A stretch of DNA of 63,250 bases, counting the filler, from Hyphochytrium catenoides (lineage: Eukaryota > Protista > Hyphochytriomycota): NCBI GenBank assembly GCA_900088475.1. It is 5 parts of 5 records of this genome, joined end to end, with 100 filler letters (N's around TTAATTAATTAA, not from the genome) between each part and the next. Parts side by side here need not be neighbours in the genome. Positions count along the whole stretch, not along the records: positions 1 to 30,622 come from FLMG01000362.1; 4 more parts are not named here. One strand, 5' to 3'. Positions 1 through 13,710 of this stretch are shown in pieces; position 1 is the first letter of the stretch; every line of letters starts with the position of its first letter. A program made the position numbers and the translations under genes. The notes under the pieces were generated by a model, which worked only from the letters and a program-made list of their open reading frames with translations, was not told the origin of the DNA and ran no database searches.

Positions 1-4
1 AAAA

Positions 5-55
<51 letters not shown>

Positions 56-795
56 ACTCTTCATTCTCTCCCTCCCTCTCTGTCTATTATCAGCTTAGGG
101 CAACCACATTTATTGGAGCTAACTAACGCGTCCCTTCTTCCTCCTGTCCCACAACCCCTCATCTCAGCGTCCTCTCTCCAGTATATAGCAAGTGAGACAG
201 GCAGGAGCGGAAGAGAGAACCAAAGAGATAAGCGAGGAAGCTCTAGAACGTGCAAGGAAAAGCGGATTGTCTTTATATTTGTTACATATCCTAACATCAC
301 AAGGCTAAGAAAGAGGAGGAAAGTCATCTCTCCTTAAGTTATGGATGGGGAGAGAGAGAGAGAGCTGTACCTCAAAAGCTGGGAAGAAGGACCTAGCAGA
401 CAGCGGCAAAAGAGCACAGAACTGGAGACTAGAACAGCGGGAGCAAAATGATGAGACGATGGGAGGTGAAAACAGACCAGAGACTCTTTGACGGACAGTG
501 CAAATCGGCTCATGAATAGCCGTCAAGCAGGAGAAAATTAGGCGAAAGGGGGAGAGATGACCACGGCGAGAGATATCAGAGAGCCGCTCTTGCGTCTCCT
601 TTCTTCCCTGCACCATCAAATAACAGTACTAGTAGAGCAGTCCTAAAGAAGGGATGGCACATGTGCCTCTCAAAACCGGCAAGAGGAAGACAAAGCTGAG
701 GAAAAGACGGCCGGCACATTGTGACAGTCCAAGATTCTTCGTGTGGAGAGAAGGCAGGAAGGTTGGTCTCCGGAAGGTTGGTCTCCTCCCGTTGG

Positions 796-2906
796 CTAAA
801 GGACAATTTGCACGTATGCCCGGGGAGAGAAGCGCGATCTGGGAGAGAGAGACATGGAGAAACTGAGACGCACGCGGCAAGGTCTCTCTCTGGCGCTTCT
901 CCACGTAAGCTGGCACTCAACAGTCATTCTTCCGTCCTTTAGCGACTGCAGTGCTTGAGAGAGTATCTTCGCGTCCATTCCATCGAGACAGAGAGAGAAG
1001 AGAGACTCAGATCGAATGAGAGTGAGAGAAGAGGCAGGGTCCATGCCTAGTCTTTCTAGGAAAAGCTTATTGCAATCTAAGAAAGTTCCGTCCTCCAGAG
1101 AGCAAATGGCCGAAGGAAGAGGAGAGGCGCGGACAAAGTGGCTCTCCTCAGGAGAGAGAAGAGAAGAAGAATGCTCTCCTCCTCCGCCTACTCTTCCGTC
1201 TTCTCCCTCTCTCGGCCCAGCCATCATCATAGAAGATGAAGGAACCTTAGCACTCATAGGTGCAAGGTATCTCCCTTCCCCTCCCTTCGTCGAGTAGGAG
1301 GTCGGGTGAGGATGCTGGGGCCTGTGAAAGGTCTGAGGAGGCAGAAGACTCTGCATGGAGGCGGTTGGAGGGGGAAGAGTGGAAGGGAGAGAAGAAGAAG
1401 GACCTTCTCCTCCTCCTCCTTCTCCCCGGCCAATGCTGCTGTTTGAAGGGCTACCGGTGGAGGAGTAGCCAGCAGGGGAGGATGTAGAAGAGAGGGGATA
1501 TGAAGGGAGCTTCTTCCCTCCATCCTCTCCCTTGTCGATGGACGGAAGCTTGGGCGGGTAGTAAGAGGCGCCCTGAGGAGTGAAAGGCTGCTGAGAGTAG
1601 GAAGAAGAGAGAGAGGGATAAGAAGCCATCATCCCCCTCTCTCCGGCAGGGCTCGATGAGGTCATGGCCGAAGAGCTTGGAAGAGGCGGAGGAGGAAGAA
1701 GATGACGCCCCTGAGCGCTGGCTGGAGGCGCTGGCAGAGACCCAGACAGCATAGCAGGAGAGCTCTGACTGTTATTGTATGATGGAGAGGACGGGGACAG
1801 CATGCGACCTGCATATACAGAGCAAGAAGGGAGAAGACGCAAAGCGGCATGTAAGCTTCACTTTCTTGAACCAGGCATCTTCGAGACAGAAGACCAGAGA
1901 GAGAAGAATGTAAGAAAAAGATATGCGAGCAAATTGAGGAAGAAAAGAATTGAGACTGACCTTCTTGTTGGAGGTGGTGCACTGCTGGATGTTTAAGCGA
2001 ATGTTGATGATGAGGGGGGAGAGGCGCGGGAGGGACGACGGGAGGATGGCCATAGTACCCAGCAGCAGAGCCTACAGAGCTAGATCTCTGATAGTGCGGC
2101 GGCGGAGGTGGCGAAGGATAGTAAGAGGCAGAGCGAGAGAGAGAAGCGCGATAACCTCCTCCTCCTCCTCCCTCTGCTCTCATCTCTCCACCAGCTCCGG
2201 AGCGAGGATACTCCTCCACCACCATCGCGGCGCCCGAAATGTGCGGACATTCCCTATGTTGTTGCTCTAATCTCGTCACCTTAGACTCCAAAGTGCGGAT
2301 GTATTCGAGCGTTTCGGTAAGAATGTGATGCTTTTCCCTTCTCACTTCGCACCCTGCCGCGATGAGCTTTGTGCGGATACAGTTCATCAGGTCCGTGATC
2401 TTCTTCATCCGGCGCTGTTCCCTCATATTATGAAGCTGCTTGCGCGTCATAATGGCCATCGCCTCTGGGTCAGCATCAGCCGAAGAATGAGGAGAGGAGA
2501 GAGAGGAAGCATTCTCTCTCTTTCTCTCTCCATTTCTATCGTCTTCTTTCTTCTCCGTAGCAGTGGTATTATCACCAGCAGTCGGAGACGCTACTCCTGA
2601 GGAGGAAGAGGGATTCTTCCTGTTGTTGGCATTACGAGCTCTCTCTTTCTTGGCAGCAGAGAGAGAAGCCGCCGCAAGTCTCTTTTTCTTCTCTTGAAAG
2701 CTCATGATCGTCTCATCTTCAGAAGAGGAGGCGGCAGAAGAGGCGGCAGAAGAGGGAGACGAAGGATCAGGCACCTTTCTCTTCTTCGTCTCTCTCTCTC
2801 TTCTCCTCTCTTTCTGCGCCTCGGAAGGCATCGTAGAGGAGGAAGTATGAAGAGAGGAGGGAGACACTGGACCGGCGGCTGTGGAGACCATGGCGTGCTC
2901 CAACAT
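796..2906 (-). CDS. bHLH-PAS transcription factor (N-terminal bHLH, long Ser/Pro-rich linker, single C-terminal PAS domain); 2 exons
   Basis: ORF 1662..2999 contains the bHLH RKQLHNMREQRRMKKITDLMNCIRTKLIAAGCEVRREKHHILTETLEYIRTLESKV. A GT-AG intron 1960..1809 (GAAG|gtcagt...tgcag|GTCGCATG) joins it in frame to ORF 796..1842, which ends in the PAS-like FVRASPLPSAICSLEDGTFLDCNKLFLERLG...RVRLSFSMS...YVQIVL*. Start could be the ATG at 2906 or 2891. Confidence 0.85.
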
Positions 2907-3585
2907 TATCAGACGGAGCCTCTGGGAAATTGACAATGATGTTTCCTTGTTGCTCTCTTTCCTCTGTAAGGAGGAGAGAACGTTGTCGCTGGTACGCACG
3001 CGGATCTAGCAGGCTGACAGATCCAACGCCAATCTCACAGTGACTGGAGAGGTAGTTCTAGATGAGAAGAGAGGAAACAAAGCGAGAGAAAGAACAAAGA
3101 GGGAAGAGAGAGAGAAACGCAGACTGTGGGCGTCTCTTTCTCGCAGATTCGCGGGCGGAGACAGCAAGCTGACTACCTGGTGGCACCAGCTGCAGCCAGA
3201 GCAGAAAGAATAGTGCGGAGGCCAAAGCCCGTAAAAGGGTTGAGAAGAGAGAGAGAGAGGGAGAGAGAAAGAGAAAGAAAGATTACGTAGCCCTTTTAGG
3301 ACCAAGGCGCAGTCAACTCTTTGACAAGAAGCGTTTTGTGGCTCGGGTCCTGTGTGCTGGCTGTCCAATAAGCTCAACGTAGTACTAGGAAAGAGAGAAA
3401 GAGAGAGAGAGAAAGAGAGAGAGAGAAAGGACGGCCGAGAGAGAGCGAAGAGCGAGAGAGAAAGGGACAGGAAGCCCTGCTGTACAAAATGACCGAGCAA
3501 ATGGTCCAGCGCTGACGACCTACAACACAACGGCGGCGCGGCTGATGAACGAGCTAATAGGAGAAATTAAAAGTGAGCGAGAGAG

Positions 3586-3629
<44 letters not shown>

Positions 3630-3881
3630 GATAGAAGTCCTGTTGCCGCAATTCTCTCTCAGAGGGCCTTCAGATGCTTCAGGCACTAGACCAGCTGCGG
3701 GAGATAGGCAGTCGTTTCCTACCGTCTCTTTCCCCTCCTCATCTCTTTCTCTCTTGAGATCCCACCTTCTCTCTCCTCGGATGTGAGAGCTTGACTCTGT
3801 CGCAGGAGATCCAGAAAGAGAGAAGCTTGAGCTGGGAGGAGAATGCCCAAACGTAGAACGTCCAAAAGGTTGGACGGTGAT

Positions 3882-3915
<34 letters not shown>

Positions 3916-4143
3916 AAAGAGAGAGAAAAAGACCTGGGTGAAAAGAAAGGCTTCTAGAAGAGTTGACGGGGGAAGTTGCGAAGTTCGCTCTAGACCCTTC
4001 ATTGCCTGTAATCTTTGAAGAGAGAACACATTAGAGAGAACAAACAGAGACAGAGAGAGAGAGAGAAAGAGAGAGAAAGAGAGAGAGAGGGGTCCAACAC
4101 GAGAGAGAGAGAGAGAGAAAGAGACAAAGAGAGAGAGGGGTCC

Positions 4144-4268
4144 AACGGGGGGTTATTGGCAGATCATAAGATAGAGATATACAAGCAGGATTGGTGGATT
4201 AACGAGAGACAGCAGATCCCGACCAAGTGAGGGTAGAGAGTAGAGAGAGAGAGGGGAGAGAGAGAGAA

Positions 4269-4300
<32 letters not shown>

Positions 4301-4420
4301 GGGTTTAAGGGTTAACGGGGGGTTATTGGCAGATCTTTATAGGTAGAGATGTACAAGGAGGATTGGTGGATTATGAGACAGCAGCCCCAGACCAAGTGAG
4401 AGTAGAGCGTAGAGAGAGGA
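4144..4420. repeat. Two diverged direct copies of a ~100-bp unit embedded in (GA)n tracts
   Basis: aacggggggttattggcagatc...tacaag.aggattggtggatt...gagacagcag...gaccaagtgag occurs at ~4144-4250 and ~4314-4420, separated by (GA)n. Confidence 0.8.
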
Positions 4421-4427
4421 GAGAGAT

Positions 4428-4485
<58 letters not shown>

Positions 4486-4679
4486 CAAGGCTACTAAGGA
4501 ATGGGGGAAAAAGGAAGTCCAGCACTGCTGTAAGAGTCAGGAGGGAGGTGCGAGAGGAGAGAGGGGGACCGAGGAAGCCACTAGATTCCTTGAGGAACCA
4601 AGAGGGCAAGGAACGGTTAGAAAGAGCGGGCCTAACACTTACTGATTACCGTATTCGCAGCGCACTAGGTACGGGCTAC

Positions 4680-6100
4680 AGAGGAGACAGTGCAAGGGAG
4701 TTATTCGCACCTGCATATTGTCAATTCAACCAGTATTTGCAGTAGGTATGCCAAGCTATTTTTGACAGCCAAACAGGACTTTTGTTCATAGGCAAATTTA
4801 AACATGACAATTATACATTTGACACTAAAGGGTATATTTGACATATTTTTGCTAAAAGTGTAACAAAGAGTGAGAATAGGGGGACTGAGGATGGGTAACT
4901 GAGTGCTAGGATTACACATCAGCAGGGCGGGTGGGATGCCTTTGGGAGGGTTAGAGCCAACGAGGGAAGGTGCCCCTCTACCTCCCCCTCTCCCTTCCTT
5001 GCGGGTGGGTCTTGTGAAACAACTGTGAGGCGTGGGTAGGGCTAAAGTTACACTTCGCTCTCTCTTTCTCAATAAACCCTATCGTATAACACCCAGACCA
5101 GCTGCTCTGGCTCTATCCCTTGGACCCCCACCCGCCTCTCGTCGGACTTACACGTTAGGCGTGGTTAGCTAATGGCGTGCCCACCCACCTGCCCCGCTTC
5201 ACGTCCAAAACGAGGCCACCCATTACAGAGGGTCGGTCCAAATGTCCCACCCACCTCCTATTCTGTGTACATAGGCCGTCTGCAGGGAAATTACCCCACC
5301 GAACGAAATGGCTGGGGGGGTAAACCAGGTAACCCTTATTCGTCTCAAAAGTTGAGTATCTTACTAACAGGTCATATGGTGTTGAAAGGCAGCCTGTTGC
5401 TGAGTGGGTTTCCTGGGTCTGCAGAGGGGGTGCTTGTGCGTTTCAAGGAACTTGATCACAAAGGAGCCGTTTTATAGCAATGAATCCAGAAGAGGCTCTA
5501 CCGAATCTAGCAACCATTAGGCTAGCCATTTTATATCAGCAACTGGCGCTCTGTCTCTCTCGCTTAAGTCGTTTCCAGAAAGACTGCTGACATCTCATAC
5601 TGCTCTGTTGAGCTTTGGCCATTATGGACCTTGGGCACCTCTTACCACTGTCGCTCGATTCTCAATCCACATACCTCGTAACAGCTTTATGTTCCCAGAT
5701 TTGCCTTTTGATAGTCCGCTCTTCTTCAGCGTTTTCATTTAGATCCTGCTGGGTGTTTTCTCTTTCACCTCTTCCTTACCTCATCATGGTCCTACCAGAG
5801 CAGCTGGCGGCTGTCTTACGCCATTTTCCTCTTCTACTTATAACCATGCGTGATCACTAGTTCTACCATTCGCTGGCCCTAGAGGAAGATATTTAGAATG
5901 AAGCTGTTAAGGGGCATAGGCAAGAGAGTCTGGCCATGGTGCTGACGTTGGCAAAGCTGTGCTGGGCCAAGAGTCTCCAGGATGGAAGGGTGGAGGGACG
6001 AATGTGGAAGATGGGTAGGGGTAACTTACTTTGAGAGAACAGTGAAAAGAAGTTCTGAGAGTGGCGGCGAGAGACATGCAACCAAGCAGGTGGAACCTAT
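4680..6100 (-). mobile_element. Possible degenerate non-LTR (L1/Tx1-like) retrotransposon 3' remnant
   Basis: Microsatellite-poor, stop-riddled sequence. Minus-strand frames around 5650-5420 give QW*EVPKVH / QQSFWKRLK and LLCDQVP / ETHKHPLC (frameshifted), reminiscent of the zf-RVT/CCHC end of LINE ORF2. No RT motif was seen. Confidence 0.25.
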
Positions 6101-9100
6101 CGCCCTATAGACAGTGCCGGTTGAGACGAATAAGACAGAGTGCCAACAGATGGCGCTTTCTTTGAGACATCGAAGAACCACCTGTTCAGAAGGGAGAGAC
6201 ATATGCCGCCTCCTAATTATCTGTATCAGGTGCGAATCTGGAAGGTTGAAGAAAGAGGTGAGAAGAAAAAAGAGGCAGACCTTGACATTTTATGGCAGCA
6301 GGGGCCACAGGTGGTGTGGCTGCTCTCCGTTGTCTCTCACCTCTTCTCTTCATCGCCTTTGTCCACCCATCACTGCCTTCATCTCTTTCTGCCAATGGTC
6401 ATGTTGCCTGCACTTGGTGGTGCGATGTGGCTGGACATCTGAGGTTAAAAGCTTCCTCTGTCCAAACATATCCAGTGACGCTCTTTTCATTCATTGAAGT
6501 GTGTATGGACAGGACAGCAGCAGGTAGGAGAAAGGCTTGCCAGTAGGATTCCTAGCCAACGGAAGGTGGAGGCGCCTTTGGTTCTTATTTGGTGGTGAGA
6601 GTGGAAGCATGGCTTTTGTTTTGAGTCGGGACATTTGCTTCCCTGCCTTCTGGTGGTCATGATGCCGTCATGCCCATCTGCTTTGCCCTCCTCCTCAATT
6701 TTCAAATCAAAAGCCTCAGGGGCCTCTCTTCTGCCTGCTGTGACGGGATATCACTTACATCATCTGTTCCTTTTAATTTCGAAAACCCTACTCAAAGTAC
6801 CTTAAAATCCCTCTCAAGAAGACACCCGAATAATATGTTCTAAAAGACAGAAGAGTGGATGCAGATACTAGAGAGAGCTTCCAACAACTACTTAGAAGAT
6901 GGAAATGGGAAAAAGGGAAAATTGCCCGCTTGTCAAGAAGTATTATTGTCTTTCTCCCACAACCTGTGTTCCTCATCAGCAACAAAAGCAGATGGTTTGG
7001 TTCCAGATGGGTGATGATGTGATGATGACAGAGGACGAGGGCAACAAGCAGGCTAGTGCTGCTGCTTGGGCTATGATCTATGATGACAGCAGAAAAAGAT
7101 AGACGAATAGTAAGCGGCAGGCCCGTCTCCCCGCGGGCGGCAGGCGACTCAGGCGACATCACAACGAACAGCAGGAGGCTCTTCTTCTTCTTGTCGTCCG
7201 CGAGAGATAGATAGATAGAAGAAGGTTAATGATAGCTGGCGGCCGGAGTCTCCTTCTTCTTCCGCGTTGTTCTGTAATAAGCAGCGAATAGCAGTAACAA
7301 GTAGTACGAGTAAGAAGTTGACGATGACAAAAGAAGCACCCACGCACCACCACCCTATGATCCTTAATTGCGAACATCGTGGTGTTAGATCTCAGAAGAA
7401 GAAGAAAAGGTAGAGGAGGAGGTGGGAAGTCTTTCTTCAATGAGCAATTGAGTGTTGACAAGGAGGAGGATAAAACGGCACCACTGTAGCTATGATGATG
7501 GTCCACCACCATCCCGAGTATATCTGATCACGAAGGAAGAAGTGGGTACCTACCAATGCGACTGCTACTACTGGATCCCTCCATAATAACGTACAACAAG
7601 GTCTCAACGCATTCTTCACTGCTGCTCTTCAATAATCATCAGCTTCTTCGTCTCCGTCGTCGTTGTCTTAATAATAGAAGGTTGGGGATGTACTAAACGT
7701 GAAATAGTGATGGTAGCGGTCGTAGGGGAAGAGTAGGTATGTCATAAGAGCCCAATGCTAAGATCGAAGAAGAAAGTGGTAACCCTCCTCCCTCTCTCGG
7801 ATGGAGGAGACACCAAGACAGAAGAAGCAGCAACAACAAACAATGAAGGAGGCGAAGGAGGAGGAGGAGGAGTCAGTACTACCACGAAGATGAGTTGGCG
7901 AAGAGCCCCGCCCCTGCCGGCCGAGCGAGCGTGAGGAGAGAGGTGGTGGAGGATTTGAGCCAAGGCTGCCAGAAAGAGCAACATACCATTACCTACAACA
8001 AACCGGGCGAGGTGGTCATCCTCCGCCAGGTGAATGAAGAAGGCGGAAGAAAATGTAAGAAATGCACGAGGAGCCCGCCGCGCTAGCCATAAACCTCTTG
8101 TCGTATTAAGGACCACGTACACCGAGCGAAGAAGTTGGAGAGGAGGGTAGAAGGAGATATAGTAGTCGCGAACGACGAAAGTAGAAGCGACGACAACAAC
8201 CAACCAACAGCAAACCTTACTTATTTGACTCAATGACAAGAGTGAAGAAGGAGAAGGCTAAGCTTGTTATACTGCTGTAGTCGCCTTCAGCAGCAGAGCG
8301 GCGGACGAGTAGTAGTAGGAGAGATGATGATGACAACAGAGATTAGAGGAAAGACTGCGACGATAGTATGTGAGATGCTCAATAGTAGTTGAGGAGACGA
8401 AAGTGGACTAGTACACATACTCAGCTTGAGATACATGCTTGTATAATACTCTGGAGTATAATCTTATTAATATGATGATCATTGCTGCTGCTCTTCTTCA
8501 AGCCAAGGCAGGAAGGAGATGGCGGACCACCGCAGCAAGAAGAGCACCAAAAACAAATCTTCATCATCAGCAGTATAATAATGATAGCCTATGATCAGGA
8601 GGAGGAGGCAAAGAAGTATGAACAGAGAAAGAAGACAAGCGATGAAAAGGGAGATCAAAATTAAGAAGAAGAACAAGCGGAGGACGGAGGACGAGGAGAG
8701 ATGATACGAATACGAAGAAGTAGCAGCAGCAGCACCAGAAAGATTATTTAGAGTGCACAGACGAGAAGGGAGAAGCCCTCATACATAACAGGAAGGACAT
8801 CATTAGCGCCTTAGGCAAGACCCCGTGGAGACGAGCTGCTGCCGCTAAGATTATTGCTATATTGGAGCAATCAAGAAGACGACAAGCATCACATCCTCAG
8901 AAGAAGAAGAAGATGATGAAGATTTGGAAGATGATGTTAAGCTGCCCTTATCCTCGGGCAGATATCTTATCTTCGTATACGCCAATGTAATTTTATGCTA
9001 AAAGTGGTTTGCCTTGTAGAGAAAGAGTAAAAACTGATAGAGTTCGTTGGGTCTAATGGCTATTATTGGCCACCTCCAATAGTTTTCGATTTGATGCAGA

Positions 9101-9586
9101 TTGTTCTTGTAAAGAGATTTCTGCCCAACAAATCTCCAGATATCATTTTTTTTTCATCTCTTCTTCGCCTTCATCTTCGTCGCCATGTTTCCGATTCTAT
9201 CACCGGCGCCCGCCTTGTTCTAGTCTCTGAAGAAGCGTCTCTGCTACTAGCTGCACAATGGGTAGCTGCGGAACTGAATAGAGGTTAACAGCAAACAAAT
9301 CTACTGGCGATGATGATGCAATGGCCGTTCAAGAAGAAGAAAGACGACGACAACCTCCGACAATCCACCAACTGCTTTTTTGAATGAGAAGAGAAGATCT
9401 AGTGCCACCAAACCCATTTTTCTGCCTCGAGCCCTTACTTACGCTTGAGAGATACGCTTTGCTGGCAGCTCACTCTATCTTTTCAGGTTATGATAGCGAG
9501 GGTGCTATCCGGCTAAAAGGAAGCAGCTCTTTTGCCTATTCCTGGCAGAGTCAGGTTCAGAATTAGCTCTTCTCCTTTGATACACG

Positions 9587-10550
9587 ATGACGTTGTCCCG
9601 GCGCCTTAGCTACTTGGCATTTAGACGGGCGGAACAACGGGCCCACTATTGTCTCCATCGACCGCTCCCACTCCGGCCGAAACCAGAGCTGCTGCAGAGT
9701 GCGATAAGAGCAGTCCATGTTGGCAGTAGGACGGAGACCACGGCGAAGCTTTGGGAGATGAGAAGCGCCAAGCGGGAAAGACCCACCAGGACGACGTCCA
9801 AGGTTCAAGCGAGAGATCAGCAAGGAAAGGTAAAGTACTTTATCCTTTAGTGTCATCTGTGTGGGCCCTGGTCTCTCCTTGTCCTTAGCTCTCCTGATGT
9901 TTCTGCCTCTGTCTTTCTCTTGCTCGCTCCTTCCCCTTGCTTCTTTCTTTCCACAGGAGAAGGAGCTCCTTTCTATCTTTTTGCATACCTGCTTTAGTCG
10001 CCTGGGCTGCTGCTCTTACCTCCGCCCTGCCCATTTCATTCTTAGCCCCGTAAGCCCTTCTCTTTTCTCCCTGCAGCTTCTCTCACCTGAATGGTGGCCA
10101 CTTCACTGATGGACATCCTTCTCTTGCCGAAGGTCATTTTCTTGGCAACATATCTATCTTTCTCTCTCTCTCTCAATCTCTCTCTCATCTCACTCTCTCT
10201 CATCTCACTCTCTCTCTTTCACCTCTTCAGACACCGTCCGAGAGCTTCGTCAGGGTTGACATCAACTTCAAGAGTGACCCACGCTTACGAGACCAGTACG
10301 ACACACTTTCTCTTTTCTCTCTCTAAATGCCACTTGTCCTTGCTCTTTCTCTCCTTTGTCCACCCGACTGTCGCACTCCCTGCTGCATGTCGTCTTGATA
10401 CTCAGGAGCTCTTCTCTTCACCCTACGAGTCTTTCACATTTGCTAGGTTCACTTACTTGCTTCTCTTTCTTCACCTATCTTGATCCTCGTCACGCTCTCT
10501 CCGCCAAACTTTTTCTGGGCCCCGATTCCTTGGGTATGTTCATGCTTTCT

Positions 10551-10612
<62 letters not shown>

Positions 10613-12962
10613 CTTCCTCACTCGCTCGCTTCCTCCCTCTCTCTTCCCGTCTAAGGTACAAGGACTATAAAGACGGGATTCGGATAGGAAAATTATTGGA
10701 AGACCTCGATGCATGCGCCGCGACTGCTAGCTTTCTACACGCAGAAGGTGCAGGAGCGAAAGAGAGTGTCGAGACGACAGAAAGATTAGGAGGAGGGAGA
10801 GGAGAGACACTAAGCCTCGTCACTGCGGCCGTGGACCGTGTGGATGTCCTTAATAAGTTTCGGATCGATAGAGACCTTAGGATGCAGGCTTGTGTCTCCT
10901 GGGTAGGGCTTGTTCTCTTCCTTCTCTCCGGCCCTGCATATCATCGAGAACACCTATGTCTTTATTCTCTGAAAAACTCTCTGTTTTAGTTGACATCTGA
11001 CAGCCCCTCTGGCCACAGATTTTACCTTTAGTCTTCGCCGTCCGCTCATACTTCCTCTTCGACTGGAGCCGTACTTCTCTCGTTCCGCTGTTAAGGCGCA
11101 GCGCTCTTTTAGCTTCATTTCTTTGGGGCCAGCCTTCTAAGACAAGTCTTCGTCCATCTCTCTCTCTCTCTCTTGGATCCTTTGTCACGTCTCATGAAGC
11201 TCTTCGTTCTATCTCGTTAGGTGGGCAAGAGTTCAATGGAGGTGGTGGTAGAGCTCTTGGACCAGGAGAGCGGGGAGATCATCTTCTCCTCCTCAGTCCT
11301 GATGGTTGCAAGGGATCTGGAAGGAAAGAAGTCCGTGGCGGTGCCCGCTCTGCTACCGGAGACGGAAGAGGAGAAGAAGCGGTATGCCTAATCTCTATTG
11401 GTGTTCCCTGCGAACGTCGCTCCTTCTCGTTAATTGTGTGGGGGTTGGACCGCCTCGACTGGGCTTCTTCCGGGGGACTCTTTCTTCCCCCTTCAGGAAA
11501 AGAGGGTACTTCTCCTCTCCTTCCCCTTTTTCTACGCTTTGTCTACGTTTGTTTCTCCTAGTCACGTCTTCAGATCAATATCACCTCTCCCTTGCCGCTC
11601 ACTAGCCTTTACTCTGTCTGTTCACATTATATTCTGCCCTCTAAGCTATTAAACACCGGTTCACATTCAAGCCGTACCTCACTTTTTGTCTCTCTCTATT
11701 CTCCACCTCACTTTTTGTCTCTCTCTATTCTCCATCTTACTTTTCCCTGCTCAGCTTTGGCGCAGGAGTAGAACACAAAGAGCGGCGTCTAGAGCAGGCA
11801 AAGAGGGCTCTTCACGTGAGCCCGCCGACTGAAGAAGAGGTGAAGTTCATTCACAACCTGCTTCTAAGCAGGCGGAAACGAGACCTGTTAGCGCCGAAGA
11901 AGGAAGGTCAGTAGTGGTTAACCTGTCAGTCCCTTTGCTTCACCTGGATTATGGAGTGCTCTCGTCATTTCTATCCTTTGAAAGAGTCCAATCCTGCAGC
12001 TCCTCACAGCTTCTCTGTTTCTGTAGTGTTCGAAAGCTCGAGCGCCATCCCTGAAGTGTCGATGGGCAGCCAAATCATGCAGACAACCGTCCTCTGTCAG
12101 CCACAGCAGCAGAACACGAAGGGAAAGATCTTTGGAGGTAGAAACCGAGCGTCCGGTCCTCTCCTCCGCGCTCCTTTCCGTCTCCGGCTTGACCATAGCA
12201 CAGAGTTCCCGATAAGCTTCTATTTGTCGTCTCACTTGCTCTATTCCCTGCATTGTACGGTGTGAAGAGTTTATACATGCTCTCTTTGCTCTCCTGCAGG
12301 TTTCCTTATGCGTACTGCTTACGAGTTGGCCAGTGCGCACGCCTACACCTTCGCCTCTCCCTCCAGTCGCATTCTCTTTCTTTCCTCAGATGAGATGGTC
12401 TTTCTTCGACCTGTGGAGATCGGCTCCATCATCCAGTTCACCTCACAGGTGCGCACTAAGGAGAAGAGAGTTCTCACTTACCGTCTTCTTCTCAGTCTTC
12501 GCCTCTAGAGGTTCCTAAGCCGTACAGAGTGACGAATAGGCTTCCCTTGCCTTTCCAACTTCTCCAGGATCTCCGTATAGTTGATCATTTTATCTTCTGG
12601 TCCTTCTCCTAGTGACTTTCCCTTGGTTATCTAACACTCGCTCTCTATATTCATAGATTGTTTATAGCCAAGGCTATCCTGACAATGTCCTCCAGCTCAC
12701 TGTTGGAACGCGAGTGATGAACCTGAAGACTCAAGAGAGCTATAGGAGCAACGAGTTCCACTTCACGTTTGTCTGCCCGACTGCCCGTCTTCCACAAGTG
12801 GTTCCGGAGTCCTATCTTGACTGTGTTAGGTATTTAGATGCCAGAAGACGAGTGAAGGACTGCGTACAGACGGCCATCGAAGGAGAGAGCAACCTTCTCC
12901 CCTTCATGGTCAGTGAATTTCTGTCTAGGGAAGGTGACGGAGCTGGCTCAACTGCAATATAA
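9587..12962 (+). CDS. ACOT9: Acyl-CoA thioesterase 9-like, double hot-dog fold, probably mitochondrial; multi-exon
   Basis: Spliced motifs TPSESFVRVDINFKSDPRLRDQ|YKDYKDGIRIGKLLEDLDACA, VTAAVDRVD, VSW|VGKSSMEV, LMVARD, HVSPPTEEEVKFIH, QPQQQNTKGKIFGG|FLMRTAYELA, FLRPVEIGSI, SNEFHFTF, PQVVPESY. Arg-rich N-terminal presequence. Confidence 0.92.
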
Positions 12963-13710
12963 AGAACCAGTTGACTGCACCATCTGACCAGGTGCCAGGC
13001 CACTACTCCTACTCAGTACAGAGCCTGCCTCGTCTAAAAAAGTTAGAGAGTGAATATATGGAGATCTAGGAAGTGTGACAGATCCGCGAGCGTTATCAAA
13101 AGGACAAGGAGAAAGGGACGTCGAGCGGAAGTTCCGTCACATTGGGCGTAGCCTTTGTTTCGATTTCTGCGCTAGTGATGAGGGCTGAGCTGCGGATGAC
13201 AAGCGGAAGTTGCGGCCTTTATATGATCGAGCCCGATGATTAGAGTTTGCTGCTTGCGGGTGAAGAAGGCCTAGCTTGGAAGCTCTCATAGGCCAACTAG
13301 AATCCACTATTTGTCTCTTTCCTCGTCTTCTGCAGAAGACATAAGGAGTTCCGCCCACATTCATCAAGACAGCTCCACCAGCCAAGGAGAAGAGAGGTCA
13401 GAGCACGTATAAGACTCCTTAAGAAAGACAGAGAATGCTCGTGCGCCTTGTCAGAAGCTATCTCTGAAGCGGAAGAGCCATGTAACGGAAAGAGAATGGG
13501 CGAGAGATAGCTGAGGATATATCAGAAGCGCGTCAGCCTGATTAGGGTGCCTGTTAAAAGCCTTAGAGAGCTGCCATCATTGACCAAGCAGTCAAGTTAA
13601 ATATATAAGGCAGAGCAGAGAGAGCACTAGTCCTGGTGCTATGCTGGCAGGCGCTGCAGGCTGTTGTCCCCCGCGATAGAAGGGGAAGAGATATGCGCAG
13701 ATGCCCTGAG

